Positions 1-9,478 are shown, counted from the stretch's first letter. The stretch is 53,242 nucleotides of DNA from a virus (IMGVR_UViG_3300032073_005389:1-53242); one strand, 5' to 3'. Notes: generated from the letters alone by a model not told the origin. Numbers and translations: made by a program.

Positions 1-189
1 AAAACCATCAGCGAATAATGCTTCTGAATTTATATCGGAAATAATGTCTCTGCAAGTATTGAGGCAAGGCTCGTTATCCACAACTTTTTTCTTTGGTTCA
101 ATTGGATTGAAGATTTCTTCGTTGATTGTCATTTCTTTTCTATCTAACGTCTTAACTGATTTCGTTCCTAATTCGATTGGGAAGCTCAT
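1..189 (-). CDS. Hypothetical phage protein, truncated at window edge
   Basis: Manual translation from ATG at 189: MSFPIELGTK...SEALFADGF, open to position 1; not in ORF track because it has no stop. Confidence 0.6.
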   Translation of the reverse strand, partial: MSFPIELGTKSVKTLDRKEMTINEEIFNPIEPKKKVVDNEPCLNTCRDIISDINSEALFADGF

Positions 190-221
190 ATATGAGGAAA
201 CAAGACTCGATTGCATTAAGG

Positions 222-440
222 TTACGCTATATCGTTAAACTTTGCTACAACCTCTCCTTGGCCTTTTGCCAACCTTTGTATTTCATCGAGACTTTCCTTG
301 ACATTCTGATGACTCCATCGAGTAAGTATAGTCGCATTTTGATTCTCTTGACCGTATGGTTCGATTGAGACTACCGTATCTAGGTTAAATAGAATCTCTT
401 GGTTCTGTCCCGCCGTATGTAATTTAATAAAGTGTGCCAT
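222..440 (-). CDS. FlbD/SwrD-like small protein
   Basis: FIKLH..G....LFNLDTVVSIE...ATIL......VKESLDEI matches the FlbD family pattern and size. Confidence 0.5.
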   Translation of the reverse strand: MAHFIKLHTAGQNQEILFNLDTVVSIEPYGQENQNATILTRWSHQNVKESLDEIQRLAKGQGEVVAKFNDIA

Positions 441-464
441 TTAAAAATTTAAAAAAAGTTTTTT

Positions 465-497
465 AAAAAAGCGGGGAGGCAAAAGCCTCCCCACTTT
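465..497 (-). terminator. Intrinsic terminator after rIIB
   Basis: GGGGAGGC-AAAA-GCCTCCCC hairpin (473-492) followed by a T-run on the minus strand. Confidence 0.85.
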
Positions 498-512
498 AGT
501 TATGATTACTAC

Positions 513-1418
513 TTACCTACTTTTTACAAACCGACCTAGTTTGTCCCGCTTCGGGACTCTCTTTGCCGTCTTGGGAACACTCATCCCCAAAGTCTTTTTA
601 GCCTCATTATACCCTGCTTCATAACCAGCATCATAATCGCTATCAGTATAGTCGCATTGATTCTCGTAATCGGAATCATCTACATCATAATCACCGTAGT
701 CATCGCAAAGTGGTTCTTCTAATTTACGCTCAAATAAAGAGACAACCTTGTATTTACAAGTGCGTAACTTCTGGCAGTTGCAGTCGGTAGGAACCGAAAC
801 AACATCAGCGGGATCAATCTCGACAATCATCAAGTTACCACTACTACCGAAATCACGGGCATACTCAAGACTACCAGCATGAAAACCGTCAGAGCATCCA
901 ATGTTAGCATCGTCACAAACAGAATTGCGAGTCATCTCCAACGTGTTTCCAACATTGTTGTCGAACTTACCACTATGCCAATCGGTGAAATCTTCTCTAA
1001 CACTCTTGTATGCCAAGAAGTTACCGTCAGGAGTCAATGGCATTGACTTATGCTCAAGGAAAGCGTAAAGTTCCTGAGTAGCTCGGCGTGATGGATTACT
1101 CATCAACTTATCAAGAAATTTAACAAGTGGTTCGTATGGTAAACCTTGACGCATGAAATTAAGTATTCGACCAACAACGTGACCATGTACTTCTTCAGTC
1201 TTGTATCTTACAACACCTTCTTTGACAGAGATGTTGCCGTCAACGTAGTCCTCTACTGCTTTGCTGGTATCAAAAAGTTGTTCCAACTTATCAGCATCTT
1301 GATTTCTGAGAGCTTCGTTTGCTTGATGGAAAGCAGGGTTTGTCTTATCCATCGTGTATGCCTTTCCATTTACTACAACGGTCAGGGAGTTGTCGGTTAG
1401 TATGTACGGTATCGTCAT
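513..1418 (-). CDS. rIIB: rIIB-like protector from prophage-induced early lysis
   Basis: NPS..A..ELY.FL, TPDG.FLAYK.V, M.RN.VCDD....CS.GFHAGS..YA, P.DVVSVP.D....KLRTCKY motifs; directly downstream of rIIA. Confidence 0.85.
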   Translation of the reverse strand: MTIPYILTDNSLTVVVNGKAYTMDKTNPAFHQANEALRNQDADKLEQLFDTSKAVEDYVDGNISVKEGVVRYKTEEVHGHVVGRILNFMRQGLPYEPLVKFLDKLMSNPSRRATQELYAFLEHKSMPLTPDGNFLAYKSVREDFTDWHSGKFDNNVGNTLEMTRNSVCDDANIGCSDGFHAGSLEYARDFGSSGNLMIVEIDPADVVSVPTDCNCQKLRTCKYKVVSLFERKLEEPLCDDYGDYDVDDSDYENQCDYTDSDYDAGYEAGYNEAKKTLGMSVPKTAKRVPKRDKLGRFVKSR

Positions 1419-1429
1419 AATGTTCTTTA

Positions 1430-1458
1430 ATCTTATATTAAACTTACTTGCTTGTCAA
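1430..1458 (-). promoter_or_regulatory. sigma70-type promoter for rIIB
   Basis: TTGACA-N17-TAAGAT, overlapping the rIIA 3' end. Confidence 0.7.
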
Positions 1459-3747
1459 GTTCCAAGTTGAATCAATTACGTTCACATAATTGATAGTGTC
1501 GTGAACCCAATCAGTATTCTCCTTGTTTCTCCAATCACAGAATAAATTATCGTCAATATTCTTGAGCATTGGGTATTTCTCATTACATTTAACTGCAAGG
1601 ACTTCCCATTCTTTGAAAAGCTCATCCTTGATATCTTTGCAATCAAGTCCTGCTTTATCTATCCAGTTCTGAAGACTGTCACGAATTGACTGTAATTTAC
1701 TATGATCGTCCTTATGATTCTTTTTCTCGTAGAACTCAATCAAAGCGTGGAGTTCTGACTGTTTGTTTAAGCCAAATGTTTTCCAATGATTCTTTTCAAT
1801 CGCTTGAACAAGTTTGCCAAAATGTTGATTGACTTCATTGTGTTGCATACGGTTTCTGTTTCCATACCGATTTGAATGATAGTCAGTCAATGAACTAATA
1901 AAGGTAGCCTCAATCAGCTTTCGATGCAACTCTGCACCAAATTTATCCTTGACTTGAGCAACCATCCAATCACCAAGTTCAGTCCATTTGTGTGTTTGTC
2001 TCTGAACATCAAACGCTTTGTTAGGTTTAAAGGCGTAAACCTTTGGTACGGAAATGTTAAGTTGCTCGCAAGCCTTTATGATATCCTTTGCGTAAACAAC
2101 AGGATGACATTCCCCGCAACCACTTCCCTGCACCATGAACCTATCAATCTTGATATACACTCCCTCCTTAACTGAGGTGAGGTCAACCGATGACTCATCA
2201 AAGAACTCACTCTTTAACGTAGCCCAATTACTACCCTTGCTCGCCTTGTCTATATCGTAAACAAACTCCTTTGTAGTGTGCTTGCTGGATTTGGCTACCG
2301 TAGTCCCATTACTACTGCTCTCATAAATATCTGATAACTTTACTTTGGGTAAAGAGTTCAGCTTTGGAAACTTCTTTGTCCCTGCTTTAGCATAGAAGTC
2401 CTTCTCTGCTTGTTTATTTTTAAACGATAATAAAAACGCTCGCTTGTAAAGCGTCTGACTTTCTGGTCTTGAATCATACTCCTTAACTAAAGGATGAATA
2501 CGATTCGATACGCCATTTGTATCCTCGATAAAATTACGATCATCAATAATGAGGATATTATCGTCGCTACATAATATGTTATGAGCTTCTTCTTGTTTAA
2601 CACGTTTTGCTTTCGACCATCTATCTGGTTTTGCGAAAGTCCTAACAATGGCATCTGATTTGTTAGCGAACGAAAAATGGTTATCTTGCACCTTCTTTCC
2701 ATTCCAATAAAGAGTTTGGTTGTCAAGTATATTCCTTAATCGAGAACCTAATCCTCCATGACTAAACAGTTTGCCGTAAATCATCTTTGCCTCCCAAAGA
2801 TTCTTACAGTCCTTCATCTCGTCACTAACTAATTTAGGAATTTCCTTAATTATACTTTTTAGCTTACTAATGATAACTTCTTTAGTCTCATCAGTATATT
2901 GCAATGCCTCTCGGCTTGCTGAAATATCCAAGTCTCCTATGTTGAAGTATAGACATAGTGATACATCGCCAAGGAGTGAACGCTCATTAGAGTTATACGA
3001 TAGGTCTAACGCACTTGAGCTTAATGGGTACGCTATGTTGCCCATAACCGCAACTGAATCACCACTATCTCGGATAGTCCAATCGTCTGAGTGCATTAAA
3101 GACTTGGCATCCTCTTTGTAGAAATTGCCTTCATCTACGCCTTCCACTTGAGGCTTCACCTTAAAGTGAGTGAAAAGAGATAACGCTTTTTCCTTAAAGG
3201 CTGAAAAGTCTCCTTCTTTTGCTGGTATAACAATCTCAATGCCATCTTTCTCCTTTGATTTCTCGGATGTTAACTTTGAGATTTGACCAATCTGAGTGTC
3301 ATCAATAAATGCGTTATAGGAAGTTTTGCTTCCCTTAACGAATGAGTTGATAACGAAATTATCCCCATAAGCAAAAGCACTTTTGCTGCCTAGACCTAAT
3401 TGTCCGATTTGCTCATTTGTCCCTCGCTTGGTGCTTTCACCGTACATAGCATAAATCTGACCGATTTGTTTTTCTGTCAAACCTCTGCCATAATCTCGTA
3501 CCTTGAAGTATGGGGAAAGTTGATTAGGTAATGTAACCTTAATTGGCTCATTAAGTTTGCCTACTTCTGTATGAGCGTCAATCGCATTAGTAGAATACTC
3601 GCGGATAACTGCTAATACTTTATCAGAGTATAGCTGATTGCGTAGGACATTGAAAATGTGAGCAAGTCCCTCTTTCTTGATGCCAAAAGAGTAAGATTTA
3701 AAATCTTCGGATTGCTTGACCGTTTTTTTGTTAGGCTTGGTAATCAT
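1444..3747 (-). CDS. rIIA: rIIA-like protein with N-terminal GHKL/HATPase domain
   Basis: LYSDK..AVIREYSTNAIDAH, VRDYGRGL, YGESTKR..NEQIGQLGLGSKS, GDLDISASREAL; upstream of rIIB. Confidence 0.85.
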   Translation of the reverse strand: MITKPNKKTVKQSEDFKSYSFGIKKEGLAHIFNVLRNQLYSDKVLAVIREYSTNAIDAHTEVGKLNEPIKVTLPNQLSPYFKVRDYGRGLTEKQIGQIYAMYGESTKRGTNEQIGQLGLGSKSAFAYGDNFVINSFVKGSKTSYNAFIDDTQIGQISKLTSEKSKEKDGIEIVIPAKEGDFSAFKEKALSLFTHFKVKPQVEGVDEGNFYKEDAKSLMHSDDWTIRDSGDSVAVMGNIAYPLSSSALDLSYNSNERSLLGDVSLCLYFNIGDLDISASREALQYTDETKEVIISKLKSIIKEIPKLVSDEMKDCKNLWEAKMIYGKLFSHGGLGSRLRNILDNQTLYWNGKKVQDNHFSFANKSDAIVRTFAKPDRWSKAKRVKQEEAHNILCSDDNILIIDDRNFIEDTNGVSNRIHPLVKEYDSRPESQTLYKRAFLLSFKNKQAEKDFYAKAGTKKFPKLNSLPKVKLSDIYESSSNGTTVAKSSKHTTKEFVYDIDKASKGSNWATLKSEFFDESSVDLTSVKEGVYIKIDRFMVQGSGCGECHPVVYAKDIIKACEQLNISVPKVYAFKPNKAFDVQRQTHKWTELGDWMVAQVKDKFGAELHRKLIEATFISSLTDYHSNRYGNRNRMQHNEVNQHFGKLVQAIEKNHWKTFGLNKQSELHALIEFYEKKNHKDDHSKLQSIRDSLQNWIDKAGLDCKDIKDELFKEWEVLAVKCNEKYPMLKNIDDNLFCDWRNKENTDWVHDTINYVNVIDSTWNLTSK

Positions 3748-3758
3748 AAGCTCCCATA

Positions 3759-3787
3759 AGCATATACCACGCTTAATGAGTTGTCAA
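3759..3787 (-). promoter_or_regulatory. sigma70-type promoter for rIIA
   Basis: TTGACA-N17-TATGCT. Confidence 0.7.
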
Positions 3788-3794
3788 GCATTTT

Positions 3795-3968
3795 TTAAGA
3801 AAGTTTTACAAAGTAGCCTTCTTTATTCTTTTTTGTTATCTTTTTAGCGTATGCTTCCGCTTCTTTTAATCCCTCATCTGAGAAAGGGAAAGCACCAAAT
3901 AGATGATTATTCTTCTCTGACAAAACAAGATAAACTTTGCTTTGTTTAGTCTTTGCCTTTATCGCCAT
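3795..3968 (-). CDS. Small hypothetical protein (57 aa)
   Basis: Manual ORF MAIKAKTKQSKVYLVLS...GYFVKLS* filling the gap; below ORF-track cutoff. Confidence 0.55.
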   Translation of the reverse strand: MAIKAKTKQSKVYLVLSEKNNHLFGAFPFSDEGLKEAEAYAKKITKKNKEGYFVKLS

Positions 3969-4281
3969 CTATTTTTTTAAAAGATTTAAAAAGTTTCTGA
4001 GCTAAAAGTTTATTCGTTTTTTCTTCTAGTCTTTCAACTTCTTGTTCTTCACCTTCTAATCTCTTTAGGACAAACTGCATCTTATCTGTTAGTTGACTGA
4101 ATGATGACTCTAGTTGTTCTTCTGAATATAGGTCTTGATTAGAGTCAAGATCATTCATTTTGTTTATAATAGAATCCATTCTTTCTTCCCAAAAATCAAT
4201 AGAGTTACGAATTATATCGTGCTGCTCTTGTAAATAGAAGCGAATATCTTCACTCAATAATGTTTTGATTTTTTTATTCAT
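3946..4281 (-). CDS. Hypothetical coiled-coil protein
   Basis: ORF on coding strand, tightly packed with neighbours. Confidence 0.65.
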   Translation of the reverse strand: MNKKIKTLLSEDIRFYLQEQHDIIRNSIDFWEERMDSIINKMNDLDSNQDLYSEEQLESSFSQLTDKMQFVLKRLEGEEQEVERLEEKTNKLLAQKLFKSFKKIDGDKGKD

Positions 4282-4465
4282 TTAAAAGTTTTTTTAAAAC
4301 CTTGAGATGGAAAAGCACAAAGGAATCTCCTACTGCTTTTTCACCTTGAGCTTTACTAATCCAATAATCTTTTAGGTAAGCATCATCTTGAGCCGCTGCT
4401 TCAATTATCTGATCTAATAAATTATTTGCTATTTCCAAATTCTTATTTGTATTAATATCGTTCAT
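4274..4465 (-). CDS. Hypothetical protein
   Basis: ORF preceded by TAGTGTAATT motif. Confidence 0.6.
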   Translation of the reverse strand: MNDINTNKNLEIANNLLDQIIEAAAQDDAYLKDYWISKAQGEKAVGDSFVLFHLKVLKKLLNE

Positions 4466-4469
4466 AATA

Positions 4470-4479
4470 AATTACACTA
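4470..4479 (-). promoter_or_regulatory. TAGTGTAATT motif copy 1 (candidate phage-sigma promoter)
   Basis: Exact 10-mer found four times, each intergenic and upstream of a start codon. Confidence 0.55.
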
Positions 4480-4512
4480 CTGGTTAATTATTTGGCCTTT
4501 TCTTATTCCTTT

Positions 4513-4701
4513 TTATTTTGAATATTTGGCTTTTTTTCTTTCACAATTATATGTTTCGTATGCCTTTATAATTTCTCTACCTTCTTCTTTAGTTATACCA
4601 TACTTACCCCAATGTTCCTCATGCCAATCATTTTCTGTATCACCAAAGCAATTAAGAACTTTCATTAGAAGTTTCTTCCAGTCTGTGTCATTATTTGGCA
4701 T
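4513..4701 (-). CDS. Hypothetical protein
   Basis: ORF packed behind the PfkB kinase gene. Confidence 0.55.
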   Translation of the reverse strand: MPNNDTDWKKLLMKVLNCFGDTENDWHEEHWGKYGITKEEGREIIKAYETYNCERKKAKYSK

Positions 4702-4704
4702 TTT

Positions 4705-5475
4705 TTACTTAGTAATTACAGTAACCCCTCTTTGTTGTACTATCTCAGAGGCTTTTTGGTTAGAATATTTTATAGATTCGTCTATATTATTTGTCTCAAG
4801 CTGTTTAACAACTAAGGCAGCAAGAAAAGAATCTCCCGCTCCAGACAAGTCAAACACGGGTACTTTATTGGCAGTATAGTAGTGAAAGCCATTCTCTTTC
4901 ATCATCATACAACCTCGGTCGCCTAGTGTTACGATTAGTTTATTAACCCATCCTTTAGGATTAATATCGTTTTTAATAGCTTCAAACTCTGGATTATTTA
5001 TTTTTATATAAGCTGCATCTTTACACCAATTACCTATGCACTTTTTAGTGTCTAAAAATGTATTAGTATTATTTGTGCAAAAACGAGTAATATCTTCTTC
5101 AGAGAGAAACCCTTTACCATAATCGCTTATGACCACCGCATCAAACTCTGCTATCTCCTCATTCGTAATTAAATTACCCCCGTATTCTTGAAAAGTATCA
5201 ACATTATCTTCACCTTCATCTACCCGTAGGAAGGTATAATTAAGTTTCTCATCCACATATCTAGTTTTTGTTATTGAATTTATTTGAGTAATTGAGTCTA
5301 CCTTACAACCTAATGACTCTAGGTTGCATATAGTATTACCAGCCATACCGTTATTAACTACTTTTTTATTAGCTTTAAAAACTGGTGCAGGAACATCTGG
5401 GCAAAGCCTAGACGCGGAGCCATAAATAAATATATCGTCGCAAATCTCTCCTACTACTAATACTTTATTTTTCAT
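4705..5475 (-). CDS. PfkB-family sugar kinase, HldE/RfaE domain I-like (heptose-7-phosphate kinase)
   Basis: VLVVGE...D.FIYG...RLCPDVPAPV, TKTRY, VVISDYGKGF, VFDLSGAGDSFLAAL. Confidence 0.8.
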   Translation of the reverse strand: MKNKVLVVGEICDDIFIYGSASRLCPDVPAPVFKANKKVVNNGMAGNTICNLESLGCKVDSITQINSITKTRYVDEKLNYTFLRVDEGEDNVDTFQEYGGNLITNEEIAEFDAVVISDYGKGFLSEEDITRFCTNNTNTFLDTKKCIGNWCKDAAYIKINNPEFEAIKNDINPKGWVNKLIVTLGDRGCMMMKENGFHYYTANKVPVFDLSGAGDSFLAALVVKQLETNNIDESIKYSNQKASEIVQQRGVTVITK

Positions 5476-6004
5476 TTTTAAGAGATAATATATGTTCTTT
5501 TACAACTCTTTGGACTCTTGTGTCTTCTGGCATATCCTCTGGTTTAAATACTGTGATTTTCTTCTTAACAGGGACTTCTTCTTTCTCTTGGGTTAGCCAG
5601 CTACTGCTTTGTATTTTGTCTCCTAGACCATAAACTGATTTTATGCCAAGTTCCTCACACAAATTATGCTCTGGTGTGTTTGCTCCGCTAGTTTTATCGC
5701 CTCCATTACAGAATAAAATTTCATCATATTTGTCTTTGTATGTTTCGTATATTTGCTTTATAGTAGCTTGGACTGTTTCATCTGTATCTATACTTTTTAC
5801 AGCTAGTTTAATTGGCTTTAAGGCTTGAATAATTATTACTCTTTCTTCAAAAGGCATAAAGGGTTTACCTTTTTTATTTGTCAAAAAGTCATCAGTATTT
5901 ACAATAGCAAATACATCATCTGATATAGATTTTGCTCTTTCAAATAATTCTAAATGACCTACATGGACTGGGTCGAATCCGCCGCTAACTATTGCTAATT
6001 TCAT
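5465..6004 (-). CDS. Cytidylyltransferase-family (HxGH) nucleotidyltransferase, HldE domain II/TagD-like
   Basis: SGGFDPVHVGH, KKGKPFMPFEER, NGGD, KIQSSS. Confidence 0.8.
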   Translation of the reverse strand: MKLAIVSGGFDPVHVGHLELFERAKSISDDVFAIVNTDDFLTNKKGKPFMPFEERVIIIQALKPIKLAVKSIDTDETVQATIKQIYETYKDKYDEILFCNGGDKTSGANTPEHNLCEELGIKSVYGLGDKIQSSSWLTQEKEEVPVKKKITVFKPEDMPEDTRVQRVVKEHILSLKNEK

Positions 6005-6006
6005 TT

Positions 6007-6258
6007 TTACTCTTTCTCTCTAAACATATGTTGGTTATAAGTATAGTTTTTGTGTTTCTCTTGTTTTCTACCTTGCTTGTCTGTATAAAATTCTTTTTTA
6101 GGAGGAGGTTCTCCTTCAAGGTCTTTCCAATTAAACTCTTTTTCAAGGGCTTCAAGGTTGTTCATTCCTACCCAAAACAATCCGCGACCATCTTTATCGT
6201 TAGAAAGCGTCAGCATACCCTTATCGCCCATTTTAAATAATAATTCTTTATATGTCAT
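6007..6258 (-). CDS. Hypothetical protein
   Basis: ORF on coding strand with abutting neighbours. Confidence 0.6.
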   Translation of the reverse strand: MTYKELLFKMGDKGMLTLSNDKDGRGLFWVGMNNLEALEKEFNWKDLEGEPPPKKEFYTDKQGRKQEKHKNYTYNQHMFREKE

Positions 6259-6459
6259 TTACCACTTATGTATTATATTGCCTACTATAAAAAAACAAGT
6301 AACTAAATTTACCAAAATAATAAAAGTCCTCAAAAAAAGACTTACCTGAGCCTGTCTCAAGGATAGTATAGGTATATCTGGTTCATCCTCATCTGTTTTA
6401 CCTATTCGATGATCTACTGTTCTGCACCAAATTAACCATAGATTTTTTAAAAATTTCAT
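6259..6459 (-). CDS. Small membrane protein
   Basis: C-terminal hydrophobic helix; abuts the next gene. Confidence 0.6.
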   Translation of the reverse strand: MKFLKNLWLIWCRTVDHRIGKTDEDEPDIPILSLRQAQVSLFLRTFIILVNLVTCFFIVGNIIHKW

Positions 6460-6551
6460 ACTAAATATTTAGAAGCAAGCCAACAATTAAAAACGACTAG
6501 GAACAAAATAAGAACCCAAAAAGCCGTAATTTCTTTTTTATTTAATCTCAT
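6456..6551 (-). CDS. 31-aa membrane peptide
   Basis: Manual ORF MRLNKKEITAFWVLILFLVVFNCWLASKYLV* with ATGA overlap into the next gene. Confidence 0.45.
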   Translation of the reverse strand: MRLNKKEITAFWVLILFLVVFNCWLASKYLV

Positions 6552-6555
6552 GTAT

Positions 6556-7698
6556 TTAATTTTTTAATATATTTGATATTTTATCTGCCAACTGAATAAA
6601 CCATTGTTTGCTATGTCCTCTTGTAGTCTCTGCTGCCGTACCTATTCTTATACCACTTGTTTCTACAAAAGACCTTGGGTCATTGGGTACGCCATTCTTA
6701 TTTACTGTAATACTGTTTGATTCTAATAAATCTGCCGCTTCTCTGCCACTATATTTATTGTTAGATAAGTTAATTAATATTAAATGACTGTCAGTACCAT
6801 CTGTTTGAATTTTGATTTCATTATTTACGAAAACTCTACTCATTTCTTTAGCGTTCTCTATGACATTCTTACAGTATTCTTTAAAGTCTGGAGTTGAAGC
6901 CTCTGCGAAGGCTTGAGCCTTAGCTGCAATTATATTCATCAATGGCCCTCCTTGACTTCCGGGAAATACTGCTGAATTTATTTTTCTTGTATACTCTTGT
7001 TTATTCCAAAGTATAATCCCTCCTCTTGGCCCTCTTAGTGTTTTGTGAGTAGTGCTTGTTGTGAAATCTGCATACTCTACTGGGCTAGGGTAAGCACCTC
7101 CAGCAATTAGCCCTGAGTAATGAGCCATGTCAACTAAAAGATACGCTCCTGCTTCATCTGCTATCTGCCTAAAAATTTTCCAATCAATTATTCTAGGGTA
7201 AGCACTAGCTCCAGCTACAATCATCTTCGGTTTACAAGATAAAGCTGTATCTCTTATCTCGTCGTAATCTAAAAAGCCATCTTCATCTACTTTATAAGAA
7301 TGCGATTCAAAAAATTTACCAGACACATTAACTGAAGCACCATGTGTTAAGTGACCCCCACTAGCTAGATCCATGCCGAGTATCTTATCGTGAGGCTTTA
7401 AGAAAGCTAGGTAAATCGCAGTATTAGCATTAGCACCAGAATGAGGTTGGACATTCGCATAATTACATTTATATATATCTTTTAATTGATCTATAGCTAA
7501 CTGCTCTACTTCGTCCATATTGTCGCATCCATTGTAATACCTTTTAGATGGATAACCTTCAGCATACTTATTAGTAAATATACTACCACATAAATCCATA
7601 ACTGACTGACTAGCAAAGTTCTCACTAGCTATTAATTCTATAGTAGTGTCTTGTCTAAATTTTTCTTTATCAAGAATATCTTTTATATGATCTATCAT
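6556..7698 (-). CDS. glyA: Serine hydroxymethyltransferase
   Basis: ELIASEN, NKYAEGYP, NVQPHSG, GGHLTHG, PLP-lysine motif TTHKTLRGPRGG, SGIRIGT. Confidence 0.97.
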   Translation of the reverse strand: MIDHIKDILDKEKFRQDTTIELIASENFASQSVMDLCGSIFTNKYAEGYPSKRYYNGCDNMDEVEQLAIDQLKDIYKCNYANVQPHSGANANTAIYLAFLKPHDKILGMDLASGGHLTHGASVNVSGKFFESHSYKVDEDGFLDYDEIRDTALSCKPKMIVAGASAYPRIIDWKIFRQIADEAGAYLLVDMAHYSGLIAGGAYPSPVEYADFTTSTTHKTLRGPRGGIILWNKQEYTRKINSAVFPGSQGGPLMNIIAAKAQAFAEASTPDFKEYCKNVIENAKEMSRVFVNNEIKIQTDGTDSHLILINLSNNKYSGREAADLLESNSITVNKNGVPNDPRSFVETSGIRIGTAAETTRGHSKQWFIQLADKISNILKN

Positions 7699-7712
7699 TT
7701 TTGAGTATTTAA

Positions 7713-7892
7713 TTAAAATATAAGACTTCCTGCATCAGATTGTCGTCTTTGTGATTTTTTAGGTTTATCATCTAAGTGTTGAGCTATCGTCTCGGCTATG
7801 TGTTTTCTGGCTGCGGGGCTTTCAAAGTTTAATTGTTTGTGTTGTCTTTGTATCTTATTTAATATATTATTTATTTCTTTTTCTAAACTCAT
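7713..7892 (-). CDS. Small hypothetical protein (59 aa)
   Basis: Manual ORF MSLEKEINNIL...AGSLIF* with ATGA overlap to the nuclease stop. Confidence 0.5.
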   Translation of the reverse strand: MSLEKEINNILNKIQRQHKQLNFESPAARKHIAETIAQHLDDKPKKSQRRQSDAGSLIF

Positions 7893-8323
7893 TTTTTCTT
7901 CCCTTTAAAATATTCTATTGCGTGACCTTCGTCTACTAAAATTTGATTATAACTCCTATCGTCAGTAGCTTTTATTAACTCCATAGGTAGACCGAATGAT
8001 CTTTCTGATTTAGAAGCATCTATAGATATGAACCTGTTATGAATAGGGAAAAGCTGGCCAAGTAAACGACCAAACTTTCCTTTTTTATCAATATAAGTTT
8101 TCACTCTAAATTGATTATTACCTTCTTTGATAAGCTCTTCGAGTCTAGCTTTAGCTGCAAAACCTTTTATCTTTTCCTCTTTATCTCTAGTGCGACACTC
8201 TGGGGCATCAATGCCTTGTAGTCGAATACGTTCTTTTTTGAATATGCTAAAACCACAATCAATAACTGCGTCTACTGTATCTCCATCTACCACCCTATCC
8301 AACTTTGCTCTATACTCATACAT
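7889..8323 (-). CDS. Thermonuclease (SNase-like)
   Basis: RVVDGDTVD, RIRLQGIDAPE, GKFGRLLG, NQILVDEGHA. Confidence 0.9.
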   Translation of the reverse strand: MYEYRAKLDRVVDGDTVDAVIDCGFSIFKKERIRLQGIDAPECRTRDKEEKIKGFAAKARLEELIKEGNNQFRVKTYIDKKGKFGRLLGQLFPIHNRFISIDASKSERSFGLPMELIKATDDRSYNQILVDEGHAIEYFKGKKK

Positions 8324-8328
8324 AATAA

Positions 8329-9300
8329 CTATTTTATTTGACCGACTTGAATTATATGAGGGTAAGCCTTTCCGTCTAAAGCAACCTCAGAAGCTATTTT
8401 GTCTTTTTCCTCTGGGCTAACTACCATACACATACCTACCCCATTATTAAATACAGACTTCATTTCTTCATCTGATATTCCCCCCCATTCTTGAATTGAA
8501 TCAAATACAGAAGGGCGAGGAATATTATCTCTCCATTCGACATCTAAGCCTTCTGGCAAAACTCTATTTAGATTACTAAATCCTCCTCCAGTTATATGGG
8601 CTATACCTTTTATTTTAAATTTATTTAAAAGATGTCTTAGTCTGTATACATATATTTCAGTAGGTTTTAGCAAGTCATTTATAGTATCTTGTAATATGTC
8701 TAGTTCTTTAAGTGGGTTTCCAGATAGGCAGTACTTCCTCCTTGTTTGTAGAACTTTCCTTATTAAAGTATACCCATTGCTGTGAAAACCGTTACTTGGA
8801 AAAGCTATTACAGAATCTCCACTCTTAATAGTCTTACCATCAATGAGATCTTTCTTCTTAACTATACCTACGCAAAAACCAGCAACATCAAAAGTCTCAC
8901 TAGATACTAAAGCTGGTAATTCTGCTGTCTCACCACCTATTAGTGGTATTCCATAATCATTACAACCTTTCTTGATTGACTGAACTACTTCTAAAAACTG
9001 AGTCTCATTTATTCTACCAGAAGCAAAGTAATCTAAAAAGAACAATGGCTTGGCTCCTGTGCATATAATATCATTAACACACATCGCAACACAATCAATG
9101 CCGACACCTTTTAGGTTTTTGTATTCTTGAGCTAAAATAATCTTAGTCCCTACGCCATCGGTAGAAGCAACTAAATAATTTTCATCACACAAATCGTACA
9201 GCCCGGCAAAGCCTCCTATATTATCAACTAAATTAGAAATACTATCAGTAAGTCTGTCTGCTTTAATTATATCTACCCCTGCTTCTTTATATTTATTCAT
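8329..9300 (-). CDS. purM: Phosphoribosylformylglycinamidine cyclo-ligase (AIR synthetase)
   Basis: YKEAGVDI, STDGVGTK, GIDCVAMCVND, PLFFLDY, GGETAE, SNGFHSNGY, HITGGG. Confidence 0.97.
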   Translation of the reverse strand: MNKYKEAGVDIIKADRLTDSISNLVDNIGGFAGLYDLCDENYLVASTDGVGTKIILAQEYKNLKGVGIDCVAMCVNDIICTGAKPLFFLDYFASGRINETQFLEVVQSIKKGCNDYGIPLIGGETAELPALVSSETFDVAGFCVGIVKKKDLIDGKTIKSGDSVIAFPSNGFHSNGYTLIRKVLQTRRKYCLSGNPLKELDILQDTINDLLKPTEIYVYRLRHLLNKFKIKGIAHITGGGFSNLNRVLPEGLDVEWRDNIPRPSVFDSIQEWGGISDEEMKSVFNNGVGMCMVVSPEEKDKIASEVALDGKAYPHIIQVGQIK

Positions 9301-9478
9301 CTTCTGCTAGTTCCTCCTCTACTACTCTTGCTACTTCTTTAGCTAACTCAGATGAGATTCTTTCGTGATCTTCTTGTATTGCTTGTTTCTTCCATAAAGG
9401 TAATTCTTCGTAGAGTTCATCATAAACGGCTTTATATCTTTTAGCCATTTCCTTATGTTTCTTAAGTATTCTAGGCAT
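9293..9478 (-). CDS. Hypothetical protein
   Basis: ATG 8 nt below a consensus -10; overlaps the purM start. Confidence 0.65.
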   Translation of the reverse strand: MPRILKKHKEMAKRYKAVYDELYEELPLWKKQAIQEDHERISSELAKEVARVVEEELAEDE

